Origin: an uncultured delta proteobacterium
Lineage (GTDB): Bacteria > Desulfobacterota > Desulfobulbia > Desulfobulbales > BM004
Assembly (NCBI GenBank): GCA_963783905.1
Contig: CAWAPG010000007.1
Coordinates: 5,281 to 69,280 of the forward strand
Direction of reading: 5' to 3'
DNA: 64,000 bases
A program made the position numbers and the translations under genes. Position 1 is the stretch's first letter. Every line of letters begins with the position of its first letter. Below the pieces are notes generated by a model. It saw nothing but the letters and a program-made list of their open reading frames with translations. It was not told the DNA's origin and ran no database searches. Positions 21,666 through 31,975 of this stretch are shown here, piece by piece.

Positions 21666-24600
21666 TTACTGTTCCCGAATCAGATTCAACAATTCCTCAA
21701 CAGAAAATCTGCTGCTGATCGCAGTTTCTGCAAGCAGGCTGTTTGCCAGATCCCTTTTTTCCTGGTGCAGCCTGACAATTTTTTCTTCAATCGTGTCTTT
21801 GGTGATAAGCCGGTAAATGGTTACAGGATGAATCTGGCCTATCCGGTGCGCCCGATCCGACGCCTGGTCCTCCACCGCCGGATTCCACCAGGGATCCATG
21901 TGGATAACATAATCAGCGGCAGTCAGGTTGAGCCCCAGTCCGCCGGCCTTCAGGCTGATAAGGAACAGGTCGCCCCGCCCCGCCTGAAAGGCATCCACCT
22001 CCTCCTTGCGCTGCTTTACCGGAGTTGCCCCATCAAGATAGCGGTACTCTATCTTTTTTGTATCGAGAAATGAGCGAATAATCTGCAAATGACCGACGAA
22101 TTGGCTGAATACCAGGGCCTTATGCCGGTTTTCCAATAATTCATCAACCACCTTCTCAAAGAGAAACAGTTTTGAACTCTGAATATCGGTTTCAGGCATA
22201 ACCAGCTTCGGGTTGCAGCAGGCGCGGCGCAATTTCATAATCTCGGCAAGAATTTTGACCGTATAGACCCTGCCATTGTTTTTCCCGGCAGAAACCGCGG
22301 CCGCACCTTTTTTTCTGCCGCCGCCGGCAGACGGATTCCCGTCAGCGGCAAGATTTTCAATGGCCTGGCGGCGTATAACCTCGTAAAATGCCAGTTCTTC
22401 ACGGTTCATTTCCACCTGGAGGGTGATTTCAGTCCGAGGCGGCAGTTCCTCCAGGACCTGGGTTTTCGTCCGCCGCAGCATGAAGGGTTTGATGAGTTTA
22501 CGCAGCTTTGTTCTGGCTGCCTGGTCCCCAAATCGTTCAATCGGAATGGCAAAACGTTCGTTAAAACTTTTCAGCGACCCCAGCAACCCCGGTACAATGA
22601 AATTAAAGAGATTCCACAACTCACCCAGATGATTTTCAACCGGCGTGCCGGTGGTCAGAAGCTTAAATCTTCCATTGAGCGACATTGCAGCCCGGGACCG
22701 CTTGGTTTCCATATTCTTTATGGCCTGGGCCTCATCAAGGACAATGACCTGCCATTCCTTCCCGGCCAGGAGCTTTGCCTCCTGCTGCAGAAGGGTATAG
22801 CTTGTCACCAGGACATCAAATTCCCGCAGGGACTGAACCAGTTTCTTCCTGTTCCTCTGCCCCATCTGGTGCATGTTCAGAGTCGGGGCAAAACGGTTGG
22901 CCTCCTGCAGCCAGTTCATGCAAACCGAGGTCGGAGCAATGACGAGAATCGGGCCATGGCAGGTTTTTTCCAGGATAATTGCCAGGGCCTGTAATGTTTT
23001 ACCCAATCCCATATCATCTGCCAGGCAGGCACCTCCACCCCAGTGCGCCAACCGTGACAGCCATTTATAGCCTTCAATCTGATAATCACGCAAATCAGCC
23101 CGCAGGGTTGAAGGGACCTCGGCATCAAGCAGCTGCGCCTCCCGGATCAACCGCAACTGTTCTTTCCATGTCTCATCGACTTCCAGGCTGCCCATGTCCT
23201 GGATGATATTTTCCATGGCCATAGCCGCCAGGGGATGAATCCGCAATGTCCGGTCATCCTCCTGCTGTTTCCCATGCAGATCTGCAATATAGGAAAAATC
23301 ATCCAGCCGGCGGCGGAATTCATCGGTGAGGGCCAGAAACTCTCCATTGCCCAAAGGCAGAAACCTTCCAGAATTACTGCGGGCCAGCTCCACGAGTTTT
23401 TTCATGTCGATAACCAGGAACTCGTCAACCGGCAGGGAGCCGCTGACTGCAAACCATGAGAGTCCCCGGGAACCCTTCATTCGGCGTATCTGCAGCCTGA
23501 GTTTGTCCGGCGAGGCGAGCTGCCGAACCGCAACACGTTCGCCTTCCGGCCATTCAATAACAACCTTATCCATGACTTTCTGCAGCTCAAGTAATACCTC
23601 GAGGCAGATATCGGTCTCCTGCAGCAGCCATTCCCGGCCGGTTTCCTCGATCCCCGCCAGGACGGGACAGGCCTCCTCAATTTCCCGGGCCTTTTCCTGC
23701 TCCAGGCCAAGATCCCTCCTGGTCTGGAGCCTCTGCCCGTCAACTTCAGCCATAATATTTTCAGCGCCCTGACCCGGCTTCAGATAAGGGCCCTTGGGTC
23801 CAAAAGGCTTGACAAACATGGTCAGCTTGAAACCTTCACCCAAGGGGACAAGGTGGATATAAATCTGCGGATTGGCCCTTACTCCTTTTATCTGTCCTGT
23901 TTTCCCGTTCAGGGTGTTTATTATTTTCGTATCAACGGCAACCGCCGAATGCACCGTCATAAAAGAAGATAGATTGCCCACGGCGGCCATGATCTGTTTG
24001 CGATGGGAAGCAGGGACCTTCAGACCATGGCGGGAAATGATCCTTGCGATGTCTTTATGCTTTTGGGTGACCTCGATAATTTTAAACCGGGTCGGGGTTT
24101 CCCGGATGACCGAAATCCCCTCTTCAGAAAAATCTTTCAGCAGCTTGACATGCAGCTGATTCTCACTCCTCTGCACCAGCAGCTCCGGCTCTCCCTTGAC
24201 AAACTCTACCGAAATTTCCGGCGATTCCTCGAGAAAGAGCAGGGGATGACCCACCAATGCCGGCAGGGTCTGTTTAAGATCAAAACTGTACGTAACGTTC
24301 TGATTGTTCTGTTCGCGTTTCAGGGTTTTGCGAATCCTTGCGTCATTTTCGGTCATAAAATCAAGATTCCGGCCGGAATAAAGCCTGGAAAGCGCTATCG
24401 GTCTGCCCTTGCTCCAGGCATGATCCGGCCCTAACCTTTGTTCCCTTGCCGCCAGGGATATCAGGCCGTCCCGGTAACCAACCAGCCAGATCATCCGGCA
24501 ATTGCCCGCTGTTTTTTCCGGCCGCGGATCCTGCTCCCCGGCGATGGAGACCAGCGCTTTCAGTCTCCGTTTCCAGGGTTCCTCTAAAACCACGCCATCG

Positions 24601-25991
24601 GCGACGGATGCCATGGCTGTTTTCCGGGTGATATCGGCGGCAAAATCCAGCAGTTTCCGGTCCTGGTCGATTCTACCGATCAGTTCTGCAAACACCATGG
24701 CAATCCATTGAAATTCATTGTCCCGGGCCCGGGCCCATAGAAGCCTGAGACCGTCCCGTCCCAATACTCCGGGACCGGATGCCGACAGTCCGCCGTCCAG
24801 CCAGAATTGCACCAGAATCCCGAATAAAACCGTAATGCTGTTGCCGCTGGTAAAGGCGGAAGGATCCAGCGAGAGGTCGGTGCTGCCGCTATCCTGGGCC
24901 GAGAGAAATTTGTCCAGCATATCGTAGGCGCCCATAAGCATGTTGCCGGGCTGTTGCGTACGCACCGTGTCAATGAATGTTCGTATCCGAACGAAGAAGC
25001 TGTTATCTCCGGTTTTAATTAATGCCAGTATGAAAAAAAGCCCGGCAATACCGGGAAAGAACATCCTTTTTCTGGAACCGATTTTTTTCAACTGCTGCAA
25101 ATCCCGTTCAAACTGAACCAGCGCCTGCTCATTCTCGCCCAGCATGAAATGAATACAGCCGGTCATGCCGCTGGCTGTAAACGATTCCGGATTTTCCCGT
25201 ATGAGTTTGCCAACCTCTGCCAAATTGCCGCGCCACAGGAGAAGACCTGCCAACAGACGATGAAAAGGAAGTCTCTCCTCAGCAGGAATAACCCGCAGGG
25301 TTTCCCCGCTGCGCAGGTAGGAAAAAGGCAATTCGAGAAGGGAAAGGTAGTGGAGGGAATAATTCATCATCTGGCTCAGTATATAGAACTGCAGGGATGG
25401 GGCCTGTTCTCCCAGCCAATTACCATCAAAAGGATTGTTGCAGAAACGTACCACCGGAAAACGTTTGTCCACCTCCTCATCATATTGTTTATCGAGAAGA
25501 AGATGCATATTTTCCAGGTGCACCATATCGCCGGTGTAGAGGCCGATCCGGTATTCACGCATGGCGCGTAAACATCGCTGGGGCCATTTTGACTGGTATT
25601 GCGAAAAGGGGATCTCATCCTGGACTGCTGCGGCCATATAACTGAAATTCCCTGCTGCAGCCGCATCCCTGCTTATTTGCTCAACTACTTCCTGCGGACA
25701 GCGGCCCTCTTTGTCAAGCAGCTCAAGGTCCTGCAGTTTCTTGAGAAAGGGGGCAATATTTGCTGCAGTAAGCCATTCGCCGCTGGGACCCAAGATCCCG
25801 GCCCGCCGCAGGCAGTTGGCAAAGGTTGCGCGGTTAACCGGTTCATAGATTATGGAGGCGAGATGCAGAAGCGACCGTTCAAAAGATGATACGCTTTGAT
25901 AGGCAGCGGGGAAAACGGTTATATTGGACTGCTGTGTTTCAGTTCGCATGAAAATAACAAGATTTCGGCTGAAGACTCTGTCTTGCAGCAC
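21666..25991 (-). CDS. Large SNF2-family DEAD/DEAH-box helicase with a ~900-aa N-terminal extension
   Basis: C-terminal SNF2 motifs DDMGLGKTLQ (I), LDEAQAIKN (II), TGTPVEN (III), QASDRAHRIGQ (VI). The N-terminal 900 aa has no motif I can name. The start could also be the Met 14 codons downstream. Confidence 0.8.
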   Translation of the reverse strand: MLQDRVFSRNLVIFMRTETQQSNITVFPAAYQSVSSFERSLLHLASIIYEPVNRATFANCLRRAGILGPSGEWLTAANIAPFLKKLQDLELLDKEGRCPQEVVEQISRDAAAAGNFSYMAAAVQDEIPFSQYQSKWPQRCLRAMREYRIGLYTGDMVHLENMHLLLDKQYDEEVDKRFPVVRFCNNPFDGNWLGEQAPSLQFYILSQMMNYSLHYLSLLELPFSYLRSGETLRVIPAEERLPFHRLLAGLLLWRGNLAEVGKLIRENPESFTASGMTGCIHFMLGENEQALVQFERDLQQLKKIGSRKRMFFPGIAGLFFILALIKTGDNSFFVRIRTFIDTVRTQQPGNMLMGAYDMLDKFLSAQDSGSTDLSLDPSAFTSGNSITVLFGILVQFWLDGGLSASGPGVLGRDGLRLLWARARDNEFQWIAMVFAELIGRIDQDRKLLDFAADITRKTAMASVADGVVLEEPWKRRLKALVSIAGEQDPRPEKTAGNCRMIWLVGYRDGLISLAAREQRLGPDHAWSKGRPIALSRLYSGRNLDFMTENDARIRKTLKREQNNQNVTYSFDLKQTLPALVGHPLLFLEESPEISVEFVKGEPELLVQRSENQLHVKLLKDFSEEGISVIRETPTRFKIIEVTQKHKDIARIISRHGLKVPASHRKQIMAAVGNLSSFMTVHSAVAVDTKIINTLNGKTGQIKGVRANPQIYIHLVPLGEGFKLTMFVKPFGPKGPYLKPGQGAENIMAEVDGQRLQTRRDLGLEQEKAREIEEACPVLAGIEETGREWLLQETDICLEVLLELQKVMDKVVIEWPEGERVAVRQLASPDKLRLQIRRMKGSRGLSWFAVSGSLPVDEFLVIDMKKLVELARSNSGRFLPLGNGEFLALTDEFRRRLDDFSYIADLHGKQQEDDRTLRIHPLAAMAMENIIQDMGSLEVDETWKEQLRLIREAQLLDAEVPSTLRADLRDYQIEGYKWLSRLAHWGGGACLADDMGLGKTLQALAIILEKTCHGPILVIAPTSVCMNWLQEANRFAPTLNMHQMGQRNRKKLVQSLREFDVLVTSYTLLQQEAKLLAGKEWQVIVLDEAQAIKNMETKRSRAAMSLNGRFKLLTTGTPVENHLGELWNLFNFIVPGLLGSLKSFNERFAIPIERFGDQAARTKLRKLIKPFMLRRTKTQVLEELPPRTEITLQVEMNREELAFYEVIRRQAIENLAADGNPSAGGGRKKGAAAVSAGKNNGRVYTVKILAEIMKLRRACCNPKLVMPETDIQSSKLFLFEKVVDELLENRHKALVFSQFVGHLQIIRSFLDTKKIEYRYLDGATPVKQRKEEVDAFQAGRGDLFLISLKAGGLGLNLTAADYVIHMDPWWNPAVEDQASDRAHRIGQIHPVTIYRLITKDTIEEKIVRLHQEKRDLANSLLAETAISSRFSVEELLNLIREQ

Positions 25992-26020
25992 TACGTCCTG
26001 GACAGCCGTGCGGCAGATCT

Positions 26021-27649
26021 TTACCCTGCAAGCTGTGAAGTAAAATACTCCACTATGCTGTCGACCAGGTCAGGTATGGTAAATTTTTCCGGCTGCACGG
26101 TAACCTGCAAACCGGACTGTTCGGCGGTTTTCGCTGTTATCGGCCCGATTGCGGCAACCGCAACTTCGGACATGAGGTTCCGCATCTCATCCGGAGGCGT
26201 TATATCCAGAAGGGTCACAAAATTCTTAACGGTTGATGAGCTGGTAAATGTCACCATATCAATACTTTTTTCCTGCAGGGCCCTGAGGAGATCATCTTTA
26301 AGCTCTCCGCCGGCGCTGCTTCTGGGGAGGACGTTCTGATACACCGGTACCACGGTGACTTCAGCGCCGGCACCGCCTAAGATTTCCGGCAGGGTTTCCC
26401 GCGCCTTCAGGGCCCTGGGTATCAGGATTCGCAAACCTTTAACCCCGGTGGCAACAAGGGTTTTCGCCAGACCATCCCCGGTAAATTTTTCCGGCAGCAG
26501 ATCCGCCCTGACACCCTTGCAGGCCAGGGCTTCTGCCGTTACTCTGCCGACTGCCGCTATTTTCGGACCCTTGAGGTCCCTGACATCCATGCCCAGTTCA
26601 AGCAATCGTTTGAAGAAATAATCAACGGCATTGATGGAGGTAAACAGGAGCCAATCGTAGGTATCGATTTCCGCCAGAGCCCGATCCAGAATTTCATACG
26701 ATGCCACAGGCTCGAGCGAGATGGTCGGGAATTCAAGACATTCCGCCCCGTAATTTTCAAGGAGATCCACTAGGTCACTGGCCTGCTCCCGTGTCCGGGT
26801 AACCACGATCCGTTTGCCGAACAGGGGTCTCTTTTCATACCAGTTGATGGTATCCCTCAGGTTGACAACCTCGCCGATCACTACTAATGACGGAGGTTTG
26901 ATGTTATATTTTTTCACGATCCCGGCAATGTTTCCCAAGTTGCCCACAACCGTCCGCTGCTCCGCGGTGGAGGCCCATCGCACCACGGCAACCGGCGTTA
27001 GCGGATCACGCCCGTACTTGATAATCTTTTCCGTGATGGTCGGCAGATTTTTAATGCCCATGTAGACCACGATGGTACCGACACCCGTGGCAATTTTATC
27101 CCAGGCAATATTGCTGTTCTCTTTGGCCGGGTCTTCATGGCCGGTCACAAAAGCCACGGTGGAGGTATATTGCCTGTGGGTGATGGGGATCCCGGCATAT
27201 GTTGCCGCGGCGGTAGCCGAGGTAACTCCGGGCACCACTTCAAAAGGAATGCCGGCCTTCACCAGTTCTTCAATCTCTTCTCCGCCCCGGCCGAAAATAA
27301 AAGGATCACCGCCCTTTAACCTGACAACCTTTTTCCCGGCCATGGCCCGGTCAATCAGCATCCGGTTTATTTCATCCTGGGTATGGGTGTGCTTGGCTCC
27401 TCCCCGTTTACCGGCGTAAATAAACTCCGCGTCCCCGGGCACATATTTGAGAAGCTTCTTGCTGGCCAGATAGTCGTAAATCAGGACCTCGGCCTTTTCC
27501 AGCAACTGCTTACCCCGAATTGTAATCAGGCCCGGATCTCCCGGGCCGGCGCCCACGAGATATACCTTTGGAGCGGAATGCTTTCCCTTGTTTTTCCCGG
27601 GCAGGCCGCTGGTTTTATCCTGGTAATTTTCTTTCCGTTCCTGACTCAT
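26021..27649 (-). CDS. cobA/hemD: Fused uroporphyrinogen-III C-methyltransferase / uroporphyrinogen-III synthase
   Basis: N-terminal SUMT block VYLVGAGPGDPGLITIRG...RLKGGDPFIFGRGGEE. The C-terminal ~250 aa is HemD-like. Overlaps hemC by 4 nt. Confidence 0.85.
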   Translation of the reverse strand: MSQERKENYQDKTSGLPGKNKGKHSAPKVYLVGAGPGDPGLITIRGKQLLEKAEVLIYDYLASKKLLKYVPGDAEFIYAGKRGGAKHTHTQDEINRMLIDRAMAGKKVVRLKGGDPFIFGRGGEEIEELVKAGIPFEVVPGVTSATAAATYAGIPITHRQYTSTVAFVTGHEDPAKENSNIAWDKIATGVGTIVVYMGIKNLPTITEKIIKYGRDPLTPVAVVRWASTAEQRTVVGNLGNIAGIVKKYNIKPPSLVVIGEVVNLRDTINWYEKRPLFGKRIVVTRTREQASDLVDLLENYGAECLEFPTISLEPVASYEILDRALAEIDTYDWLLFTSINAVDYFFKRLLELGMDVRDLKGPKIAAVGRVTAEALACKGVRADLLPEKFTGDGLAKTLVATGVKGLRILIPRALKARETLPEILGGAGAEVTVVPVYQNVLPRSSAGGELKDDLLRALQEKSIDMVTFTSSSTVKNFVTLLDITPPDEMRNLMSEVAVAAIGPITAKTAEQSGLQVTVQPEKFTIPDLVDSIVEYFTSQLAG

Positions 27650-28575
27650 GCCTGGCCATACACCTCAGCAAGAATCTCTCTGCCTCCCATATCGAGAATC
27701 CTGTCCGCCAGTTGAACACCCAACTCTCCGGCCTTTTCTTTCGGACCGGCAATCGACTCCTTCAGCACCACTTTGCCGTCAAGCGAGGCAACCAGCCCGG
27801 TCAGTTCTACCCGGCCATTGTTTACTTTGGCATAAGCCCCAATCGGTACCTGGCAGCCTCCTTCAAGCCGAAAAAGAAATCCCCGCTCTGCTGCAACCGC
27901 TATGGTTGTTGTTGCATCATTGAGAAATGAAAGACCCTCCAGCAAATCCGCATCATCCCGGCGCAGTTCCAGGCCAAGGGCGCCCTGCCCCACTGCAGGC
28001 AGCATTTCTTTGGCGGTAAAGTACCCCGTGGCCCGGGAACTCATGCCAAGACGGTTTAAACCGGCTGCAGCCAGAATAATTGCCTGAAACTGTCCTTCAT
28101 CCAGCTTGCGCAGCCTGGTATCGAGGTTGCCGCGCAGGTCGACGATTTCAAGGTCGGGACGGAGGGCGGCAAGCTGTGATTTACGCCGCAGGCTGCTGGT
28201 CCCGACTCTTGCGCCCTGTGGCAGGTCGGTAAATTTTGCATATTTCGTGGCAATAAATGCATCATGGGGATTTTCACGCAGCGGGATAATGCCCAGATGG
28301 AGTTCTTCCGGCAATTCAGATGGGACATCCTTCATGCTGTGGACCGCGAGATCAACATCCCGGCGCAGCAATGCTTCCTCGATCTCCTTGACAAACAGGC
28401 CCTTGCCGCCGACTTTGGCCAACGGTACATCGAGAATCTTATCCCCTTGGGTCACTATTTTTACCAGCTCCACCGTAACCCCGGGATGCTCGGCTTCTAT
28501 CTGTTTTTTGACCCAGGTTGACTGGGTTGTGGCCAAAAGGCTGCCCCGGGTGCCGATCTTTATATGCTTTCTCAT
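27646..28575 (-). CDS. hemC: Hydroxymethylbilane synthase (porphobilinogen deaminase)
   Basis: MRKHIKIGTRGSLLATTQ...RGNLDTRL...GGCQVPIG. Start moved to the Met at 28575. The track ORF's 61-aa N-terminal extension runs through the upstream zinc-ribbon gene. Confidence 0.9.
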   Translation of the reverse strand: MRKHIKIGTRGSLLATTQSTWVKKQIEAEHPGVTVELVKIVTQGDKILDVPLAKVGGKGLFVKEIEEALLRRDVDLAVHSMKDVPSELPEELHLGIIPLRENPHDAFIATKYAKFTDLPQGARVGTSSLRRKSQLAALRPDLEIVDLRGNLDTRLRKLDEGQFQAIILAAAGLNRLGMSSRATGYFTAKEMLPAVGQGALGLELRRDDADLLEGLSFLNDATTTIAVAAERGFLFRLEGGCQVPIGAYAKVNNGRVELTGLVASLDGKVVLKESIAGPKEKAGELGVQLADRILDMGGREILAEVYGQA

Positions 28576-28715
28576 GTAAAAAATCCTTTTCTGGTTATTT
28601 TTGTATTCTGACTTAGAAGCTCCCCGCACCCGCTTGCTAATGCGTAGCGTAACCCGCGGGGAATGCACTCGCTCATCGTTTTCAAGTCTAACGGATGTAT
28701 AGTAACTGCTCCTGC

Positions 28716-28940
28716 TTAATGGCAGGAACTGCAGTTGGAGCTGGAACAACTGGAACAACTGGAGCCGCTTCCCGAACTGCCCGAGGAAGAAGAATCACCG
28801 CTGCTTCGATGGGCAAAAACCGACATCTGCTTTTGCAGGTCTTCGCTTTGGCATTTCGGACATTTCGGCTTGCTGTTGCCCATTACCAGGGCTTCAAATT
28901 CTGCACCGCAGGAACGGCAGATAAAATCAAATAAAGGCAT
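28716..28940 (-). CDS. FmdB-family zinc-ribbon protein with a Ser/Cys-rich tail
   Basis: MPLFDFICRSCGAEFE...PKCPKCQS (CxxC...CxxC) followed by a SSGSSGSGSSCSSCSSSNCSSCH tail. Start set at the Met at 28940. Confidence 0.7.
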   Translation of the reverse strand: MPLFDFICRSCGAEFEALVMGNSKPKCPKCQSEDLQKQMSVFAHRSSGDSSSSGSSGSGSSCSSCSSSNCSSCH

Positions 28941-29205
28941 CTGTTTTTCTCCGAAATCAATAATAAATAAACATGGCAGACCACTTCTCAAGGCTTAATC
29001 CATAGATAAATGATTCAAATTTGCCGGGAAAATTGACCATCACGCAGTATATACCCATTGTGGAAGTATCGTCAAGTTTTAGAAGTACCGGCCCGGTCTT
29101 CCGAAAGTTGATTCCACTTCCCGGGGCATGGCACCTGCATGGGAATACCAGTAATTTCGTTTTCCGGCAGAAGATACTATATTCATTTTTTGTCTGCTCT
29201 CAGGG

Positions 29206-29254
29206 AAAAAAAACAAAAAAAAGCGCGGCCGGTTTTGCCGCACCGCCGCGCTTT
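29206..29254 (-). terminator. Rho-independent terminator downstream of adk
   Basis: On the minus strand, GCGCGGC...GCCGCGC stem followed by TTTTTTTTGTTTTTTTT. Confidence 0.7.
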
Positions 29255-29275
29255 AGATTCCGGACTGCAGTATAT

Positions 29276-29953
29276 TTATTTAAGTTGGCTCATAATCGCC
29301 TCGGAAACCTCCTGAATTGACGGGGAGCCATCGACTGATATCACCTTCGGCCCTTCAAGCTGCTTGAAATAATTGACCGCAGCCATGGTGCCGGTAACCT
29401 CATTATAGTAGATGTCATGCCGCTTATCTATTGCGGAGTCATCCTGGTCATCCGGCCTGGTCTTCAGATCACCGCCGCATACCCTGCAAACCAGCTTACC
29501 GTCCTTTTCCACCGGCTTGATGGCATCAAAGGCGATGTGGTTGGGATGATTATTATCATTAACGCAAAGACGGCGTCCGGTAATCCGCAGCTTGGCGGTT
29601 TCCCTGTCCAGAATGATCTCGATGACATAGTCAAGATTGATGCCTTCCTCGGCCAGGGCCTTGGCCAGGGTTTCCGCCTGTACCCTGTTGCGGGGAAACC
29701 CGTCGAGCAGCCAGCCGTTCTTGCAATCGTCCTCCTTGAGCCGGTCAAGAATCATCGGGATGGTAATCTCATCCGGTACCAGGTCGCCCCTGTCGATATA
29801 TTCTTTGGCTTTTTTACCCAGTTCCGTGCCGCCGCTGATATTCTTCCGGAAAATAGCGCCGGATTCAATATGGGGAATATCATATTTCTTATGGACAATG
29901 GCGCCCTGGGTGCCCTTGCCGCTTCCATTGGGTCCAAATATCAAGATGTTCAT
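29276..29953 (-). CDS. adk: Adenylate kinase (long form)
   Basis: MNILIFGPNGSGKGTQG P-loop, GFPRN, LID region with CRVCGG. Confidence 0.9.
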   Translation of the reverse strand: MNILIFGPNGSGKGTQGAIVHKKYDIPHIESGAIFRKNISGGTELGKKAKEYIDRGDLVPDEITIPMILDRLKEDDCKNGWLLDGFPRNRVQAETLAKALAEEGINLDYVIEIILDRETAKLRITGRRLCVNDNNHPNHIAFDAIKPVEKDGKLVCRVCGGDLKTRPDDQDDSAIDKRHDIYYNEVTGTMAAVNYFKQLEGPKVISVDGSPSIQEVSEAIMSQLK

Positions 29954-30384
29954 GTGTCGCTCCTTTTCCTGAAATTATTCTGTTAATCAAATCCCTTAAC
30001 TGTTTAAAATAAATTACTTAACATGGAATCATCCAACTGAAGCATCATTCATTTTTTGCAAAAGCCACTATATACCATATGAAATTTCCTGCAAATAAAA
30101 TATGGCACCAGCCTGTTTTATGTGTCAGGGGCGAGCAAAAATCTTTATCAGTCCGCAGCGCAAAGCGGGCACTCCGCCCCTTTTACCCTGATTTTGTCCT
30201 ACCCTTTGAATCTGGAATTCCTGGGCCCTTAAATCCTTTCACTTCCGCACTAATTTTTTGACATCAGGGGATAAAGAAGTTATTTCTTGTACCCTTGCAA
30301 CGAAAATAATTGTATATAGCCTTCCGGAAAACATGCTTTGCAGCGCCATAAATTTAACTTTTTTTAAACTCAGGAGTTTTTTGT

Positions 30385-31707
30385 ATGCAGGAGATAAAAA
30401 TCGGTCTCATCGGTTTTGGAACAGTCGGCAGCGGCCTGGCCCAGGTTCTTTACGAACAGCAAACCAGACTGGCCAAAAGGGTCGGTGCTTCCATACGGCT
30501 GGTTAAGGTTGCCGACATCATGGTCGATTCACTGCCGGACCATATCAGCCGGGACGGCAGGGTGACACTTACCAAGGATGCCAATGATATCTTCACCGAC
30601 CCTGAAATCAGTATTGTCGTTGAGCTTATCGGCGGTATCGAACCGGCCAGGACCTTTATATTAAAGGCAATCGAACACGGAAAGCACGTGGTGACCGCCA
30701 ACAAGGCCCTGCTTTCCCGACACGGCAAAGAAATATTCGAAGCCGCGGCAGACAAAGGGGTCGAAGTAGGATTCGAAGCCAGTGTCGGCGGCGGCATCCC
30801 GGTAATCAAGTCACTCAAGGAAGGATTGGTCGGCAACAGGATTCTCTCCATCATGGGTATAATGAACGGTACGGCAAACTACATCCTTACCGAGATGACA
30901 GATCGTGGCATCCCCTTTCAGGAGGTCCTGAAGGATGCCCAGAAAAAGGGCTTTGCCGAGGCGGATCCGACCTATGACATTGAGGGTATCGATACCGCCC
31001 ATAAACTGGTTATACTCATGACCATTGCCTATGGCACCCACATCCATCTTGATCAGGTCACGACCGAGGGCATCTCCCGCATCCAGCCCATTGATATCGA
31101 TTTTGCCAGGGAGTTCGGCTACCGCATCAAGCTGCTTGCCATCAGCCGCAACCATGGCGACCACGTTGAGGCCCGGGTGCATCCCACCATGGTCCCGGAG
31201 GAACACCTCCTGGCAAATATAAACGGGGCCTACAATGCCATCCAATTCATTGGTGACATGGTCGGCAACGTGGTGCTCTACGGGCTCGGTGCCGGCATGA
31301 TGCCGACCGGCTCCGCTGTTGTATCCGATGTTGTCGATATTGCAAGAAATATACTGTCCGACGCAGTGCAGCGTGTCCCGTCCCTTTCCTATCTGCCTGA
31401 AAATTTCACCAGCCGCAAAATCACGCCGCTGGAAGAACTGCGCTGTCCCTATTATTTCCGGATGACCGCCCTGGATAAACCCGGGGTTCTTTCAACGATA
31501 TCAGGCATTCTTGGCAACCACAACATCAGCATTGAGTCGGTTATCCAGAAAGGCAGGGGGCATAAGGAGGCGGTACCCCTGGTCATCCTGACCCATGAAG
31601 CAGCCGAGGCGGCAGTCCAGCAGGCGGTGGCTGAAATTGACGCCCTGGATATCGTGACCGATAAAACCGTAAAGATCCGGATTTTAGCAAACAACGGTGA
31701 AGAGTAA
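30385..31707 (+). CDS. hom: Homoserine dehydrogenase with C-terminal ACT domain
   Basis: IGLIGFGTVGSG Rossmann, VVTANKAL, EASVGGGIP blocks. Good GGAG RBS upstream. Confidence 0.9.
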   Translation: MQEIKIGLIGFGTVGSGLAQVLYEQQTRLAKRVGASIRLVKVADIMVDSLPDHISRDGRVTLTKDANDIFTDPEISIVVELIGGIEPARTFILKAIEHGKHVVTANKALLSRHGKEIFEAAADKGVEVGFEASVGGGIPVIKSLKEGLVGNRILSIMGIMNGTANYILTEMTDRGIPFQEVLKDAQKKGFAEADPTYDIEGIDTAHKLVILMTIAYGTHIHLDQVTTEGISRIQPIDIDFAREFGYRIKLLAISRNHGDHVEARVHPTMVPEEHLLANINGAYNAIQFIGDMVGNVVLYGLGAGMMPTGSAVVSDVVDIARNILSDAVQRVPSLSYLPENFTSRKITPLEELRCPYYFRMTALDKPGVLSTISGILGNHNISIESVIQKGRGHKEAVPLVILTHEAAEAAVQQAVAEIDALDIVTDKTVKIRILANNGEE

Positions 31708-31726
31708 TAACAGATAGAGATCCCTA

Positions 31727-31958
31727 GGCTCCAGGGTTCAAGGGTTCGGGTTATTTCCCGGCAAGCAGGGCCGGTGGAATCTTAAGGCCGGTTTCATCGC
31801 ACCGGCAATAGATAAAAAAATAATTTTCCAGCTGGAAAGGCAAAGTTTTTCCGGATAGGTATCAGACAGAAAATATAAGAGACAGGCAAATAAATCTGAT
31901 ATTGCAGACTAAAAATCTTTTTCCCTTGCAGCCTTGAACCCTCGGACCCTTGAAACCT
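31727..31958. repeat. Imperfect terminal inverted repeats (GGGTTCAAGG core) bracketing an AT-rich ~175-bp spacer. MITE-like or structured intergenic element.
   Basis: Left arm ggctccAGGGTTCAAGGgttcggg (31727-31752). Right arm, read on the opposite strand, aggtttcaagggtccgAGGGTTCAAGGctg (31929-31958). The 11-mer AGGGTTCAAGG is exact in inverted orientation. Confidence 0.5.
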
Positions 31959-31975
31959 TAATGTAAGAATTATCA

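Noticed and set aside
21666-25991. SNF2 helicase as part of a phage-defence system.
   Set aside because: There are no partner genes such as a methyltransferase, nuclease or other defence-associated gene alongside it. The neighbours are housekeeping genes.
28576-28758. 61-aa N-terminal extension of the hemC ORF.
   Set aside because: Conserved HemC sequence starts at MRKHIKIGTRGS (28575). The extension overlaps the zinc-ribbon gene in another frame.
30103-30118. Perfect TGGCAC hexamer upstream of hom.
   Set aside because: The -12 position reads TGTT, with no GC at the required GG-N10-GC spacing, so it is not a credible sigma-54 promoter.
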